Assembly: GCF_025526975.1 (NCBI RefSeq)
Contig: NW_026515675.1
Location: 806,001-870,000, forward strand
From: Fimicolochytrium jonesii
Lineage: Eukaryota
DNA length: 64,000 bases
Direction: 5' to 3'
The position numbers and the translations under genes were made by a program. Each line of letters opens with the position of its first letter. Positions within the stretch are counted from its first letter, which is position 1. Shown here in pieces: positions 60,453 to 64,000 of this stretch. Below the pieces are notes generated by a model that worked only from the letters and a program-made list of their open reading frames with translations, ran no database searches and was not told the DNA's origin.

Positions 60453-62740
60453 ATGCCCAAGCACTCGAAGGGGGTGTACATTCCCTTGGCTGCACCCCCT
60501 TTCGCATCCTATGAGTCCGACGAATACGACGAAGACTCGGAAGCCGTCCCATTCTCTGCAGGATTTGCTGCCTTGGAAAGGGAAGAGGAGGGGGAGGAGG
60601 AGGCCGCAGGAGCGGCTGCGGGAGGGTTTGTTGCCTCTCAGAGTTATACACAGAGTCAGCAGATAAGACATGGATATCCACGTCCGTCGCAACCGGGGCC
60701 TTCAAAGTACATGAGCCCGTATGCGGAGCCCTCGTCAATCGAGCAGGATATAGATCCTCGGAATGCGGATTTCGAAAACAACCCAGCAGGGTTTATGGCT
60801 GGACCTGCCGATTCGATGCTGGCAAAGCTCTTACCTTCAGAAGATGAAACGCCGATATATGTCGATGTCGAGAATCGACAATATAGGGACACCGCCTTTT
60901 CCGCAATTTACACTGGTGCCATGTTAGCCATGTTAATCACTGGAATCATTCTCTTTGCCACGACTGAGGTATGAAGATCTGCCGAGGATGGACTTGCCGG
61001 ATATCTTTTTACGGGTTGCAATCGCTTATGCAACTCATAATAGAGCAGCGGAACGGATCCTATCCTTCCCCGACCGATCTACAGTACTCTCAAAGACTCC
61101 TACAGTAAGCATAAGTGTACTCACTTTTACAGCTGAGATTCGTCTAATTTGGCACAAATTCATCCAGAATTACTTTGCTTGACGATATCCGGGTCATTAT
61201 TAGCCTGTTTCATATGGTTATATACACTCAAAGCCTTTGTGCGGGTAAGTTCCGCTTCTGCAAACCCAAAGCCAGCTATCCAATCACTCACCATCAAAAA
61301 CCTCCCCACTCCCAGCCCGTTGTAGTGCTAACAATCGCACTGATACCCGTAACATGCATCGGTTTCTTCGCCACCATCCTCACGCTCTCCCTTCTCGGCA
61401 AAGCGCACGATAAACCGTATCTGGGCGTCCAGTACGATGGCATGATTGGTGTCGCAGTTACAAGTTTATTGGGAGGCGTTGCGTCTGGGTACTACCTTGT
61501 GCGGAAGAGGAGGGAGATTGATCAGACCATTCATATATTGCAGGTGGGACTTGGGCGGCCTGGAAGATGGGTCTAGATGATTATGCTCATGTTTCTCGGC
61601 CTTTTTTTTTTATCTCGCAGCTCTCCTGCGATATCCTTCGAACGAATCCTGGCATCTTCATCGTCTCGATCACGTTAACCTTGGGGTACCTTGCATTTGC
61701 GGTCGTATGGCTGCTTATGTTCAATCGATTGTTTTTGCGGGGATGGGGAGATAATGATTCGTCTGGTGCGTAGTTTTGCGAGACCTCGCTCATCGACTTA
61801 CGACGAGTATACTGACATTGTGATTCAGGCATTGCGCACTGGCATATGGCCGGCGGGACCGGATGGGCGGTCTCCTACTACATCCTCATGTTTTTCTGGA
61901 CGTCGTCTGTTTTCAAGAATGTCGAGAAAGTGACGATTGCTGGCGTGGTTGGGGAGTGGTATTTCCAACGGTAAGGGAACCTGGAGGTAAGTTACTTTCC
62001 TGCGAAATGTATCGCCTACTGACGTCTGCGCACTTTCCCACTTCAGAGCGGAAGGCTCAGTCTCCCACAACCGAACCTACAAAAACTTCACCTCCTCCCT
62101 CACAACCTCCTTCGGCTCCATCTGCCTCGCCTCCCTCATCCTCGGCCTCATCCAATCCCTCCAACTGTCCATCCGCCTCGCCCGCCGCTTAACCGGCTCC
62201 AATGGCGCCCTCCACCGCCTCCTCACCGCCTGCCTCGACTGCTACGGCCAGCTCGCCGACAACGTCACCTCCTACGCCCTCGTCTACGCCGGCCTCACGG
62301 GCTCATCCTTCCCTGCCTCGTGTTACAGCACCACCCGCGTATTCCGCCGGAATCTGGTCCTGGGCTTGGTGACGAGCACGGTGACGCGCTTGATTATGGG
62401 CCTGGCGACGGCGGGGATTGCGTTGGCGAGTGGGAGTGTGGCCTTCTTTTTTGCGAGCAGGAGGTTGGAGAGCCCGTTTGCGTACGTGGTCGGGGCGGTG
62501 GGGACGGTTATTCCGTATTATCTGGTGCAGGTGCTGAATCATGCTGTGCAGAACACGTAAGTGCCGAGGGGAATCATGCTGGGTGTCGGCATGATTGCGC
62601 AGTATTCACCGGCGGACTGAAATAATTGAATTCTGTTTTACAGCGTCGACGCAACATTCATGTGCTACCTCATGGACGTAGACCGAAACGCGGTGAACTG
62701 CGAAAGTGCCCACCGCATATTCGGGTCCCTAACAAGTTGA
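60453..62740 (+). CDS. Choline transporter-like (CTL/PNS1/SLC44) membrane protein
   Basis: QYRDTAF, FWTSSVFKNVEKVTIAGVVGEWYF, TTSFGSICLASLI, YALVYAGLTGSSF, VDATFMCY; multi-exon. Confidence 0.88.
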
Positions 62741-64000
62741 CCGGCCCCCACCCCGCCTTCTCCTTTTCTTTTTTCCTTCGTTAGTATGATTTTTTGTTTG
62801 CATGATACCTTTTTGCTTTTCGTTCCTGTAAATCTTTTTGTTTTCGTGGGCGTTTTTTCCTTACCTTTTCCGTGATGTTCTGGAGTCGCTCTATTTGCTT
62901 CGCTTATCCAGGTTACTATGGGCAGGAATCTTTGGAGCCAATCAATGCCAAATATCCGTCGTGCCGCTTCTGTGATATTCAGTAGTAGCCTCCCGGCTCC
63001 CGAGATGAAATGGACATGGTTGGGGTGTGCGTATGTCCTCTTCCCTGTCCTGAATCCGCATTGCACGTCGGGAAATGCGTTACATAAGCACCAAACCCAC
63101 GCGTTCAGACCCCGTCAATCGCGGAAAAAGGGGTCAATCTAGCACTTGTTGCAGGATCTCGACTCCTGGGTGGGTTGGGGCAGGAGAGTAAGAGGAGAGT
63201 GGCAGGAGCAGAAGAAGATGAACAGGAGGGGCAGTAAGATTAGCGAGACACATTCTTACGTAGACAGGAAGGTGCAAGGGATGGAGGGGCGAGGTGCAGT
63301 CCGGAGATAACTACTGTACGTACGAGGACGGCGGTAAACGTGTGGGCGGGAGCTGCTGAACGCAAAAGATTGTTGTGACTGTGGGTTTTATTATTGCAGC
63401 TGGTGGGGAGCGATATGGTGTCCTTTGCGGTCTGTGAGCCGATGGACTCCGGAATTGGACATCATCCGTTTCGAAAGCAGATAGGAAAATGCCCCACATG
63501 ACAAGATTGTCTGTTGCCCGCGTCCCCCACGCTTCATCTTCCAGTGATCAATGCATTTTCACCTTCATCGGGTTACTTGCGTCTCGGCTCGGCTTGAAAA
63601 ATCGGAACATTGCCCTTGGGAATCTCCCCGGTTAATTCAAGCGGCGGATGCATGGAGCTTTCGCAACCTGACGACCAGGGGTGCTCGCAGTGGTGATGAC
63701 TGAGGTGGATTCCTTGAGCAGCTCCGTGGCCAGTGATGAGAACCGAGAGCCTGCTAGGACTGGACGAAGCCATGTACATTTCCTAAATCTAGATTTTAGA
63801 AACCAGCCCACCCCGGGCATCAACACGACACAACCTAGGGGTAACTGCGACGACCGGACACCGGATTCGGATTTCGTTCTCAGCAATCCAGTTTGAGGGA
63901 CACCTGTAGTCAATCCATCAACGATAGGTTGGGTATGAATCTTTTGATGAGGGCTGATTGGACGAACCGTGTCTTCAGCAACGCTATGTACAATGAGGAG

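Noticed and set aside
62900..64000. Terminal region ORFs
   Set aside because: Short, no motifs, and truncated by the window edge; the same applies to 1-750.

Overview
Intron-rich eukaryotic DNA, most likely from a zoosporic (chytrid-type) fungus: it combines fungal-type genes (copper-fist transcription factor, cytochrome c peroxidase) with a flagellar dynein-2 light intermediate chain. About 17 host genes can be reconstructed across GT-AG introns: RPS7, CCP1, SLC30A9-like, SIKE-like, ITFG1-like, DAD1/OST2, ACSF3-like, copper-fist TF, NMT1, DYNC2LI1, CYP7/8-clan P450, EamA, SYLF-domain protein, DPM2, SIVA-like, NDUFB9, RING-H2 and a CTL/PNS1 transporter. The main feature is a ~7 kb accessory island (about 29.5-36.5 kb) between the copper-fist TF and NMT1. 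It holds a 7-exon, open-frame Fanzor1 (eukaryotic TnpB-derived RNA-guided nuclease) with an NLS and a RuvC-I Asp-to-Glu change (EPG instead of DPG), followed by a candidate structured omega-RNA. Next to it is a 3.3 kb composite element bounded by two outward-facing Copia-like PPT+LTR ends and flanked by an ACGTGGGTTT direct repeat. That element carries a Copia RNase H tail, a tyrosine-recombinase tail and a GATA-like zinc-finger ORF whose proline-rich repeat is also amplified inside a Fanzor intron. Also present are two MITE-like elements, a frameshifted DD34E IS630/Tc1 transposase and a ~6 kb decayed island (19.9-25.6 kb). All calls come from manual reading and motif recall; no database searches were run, and gene models are approximate.
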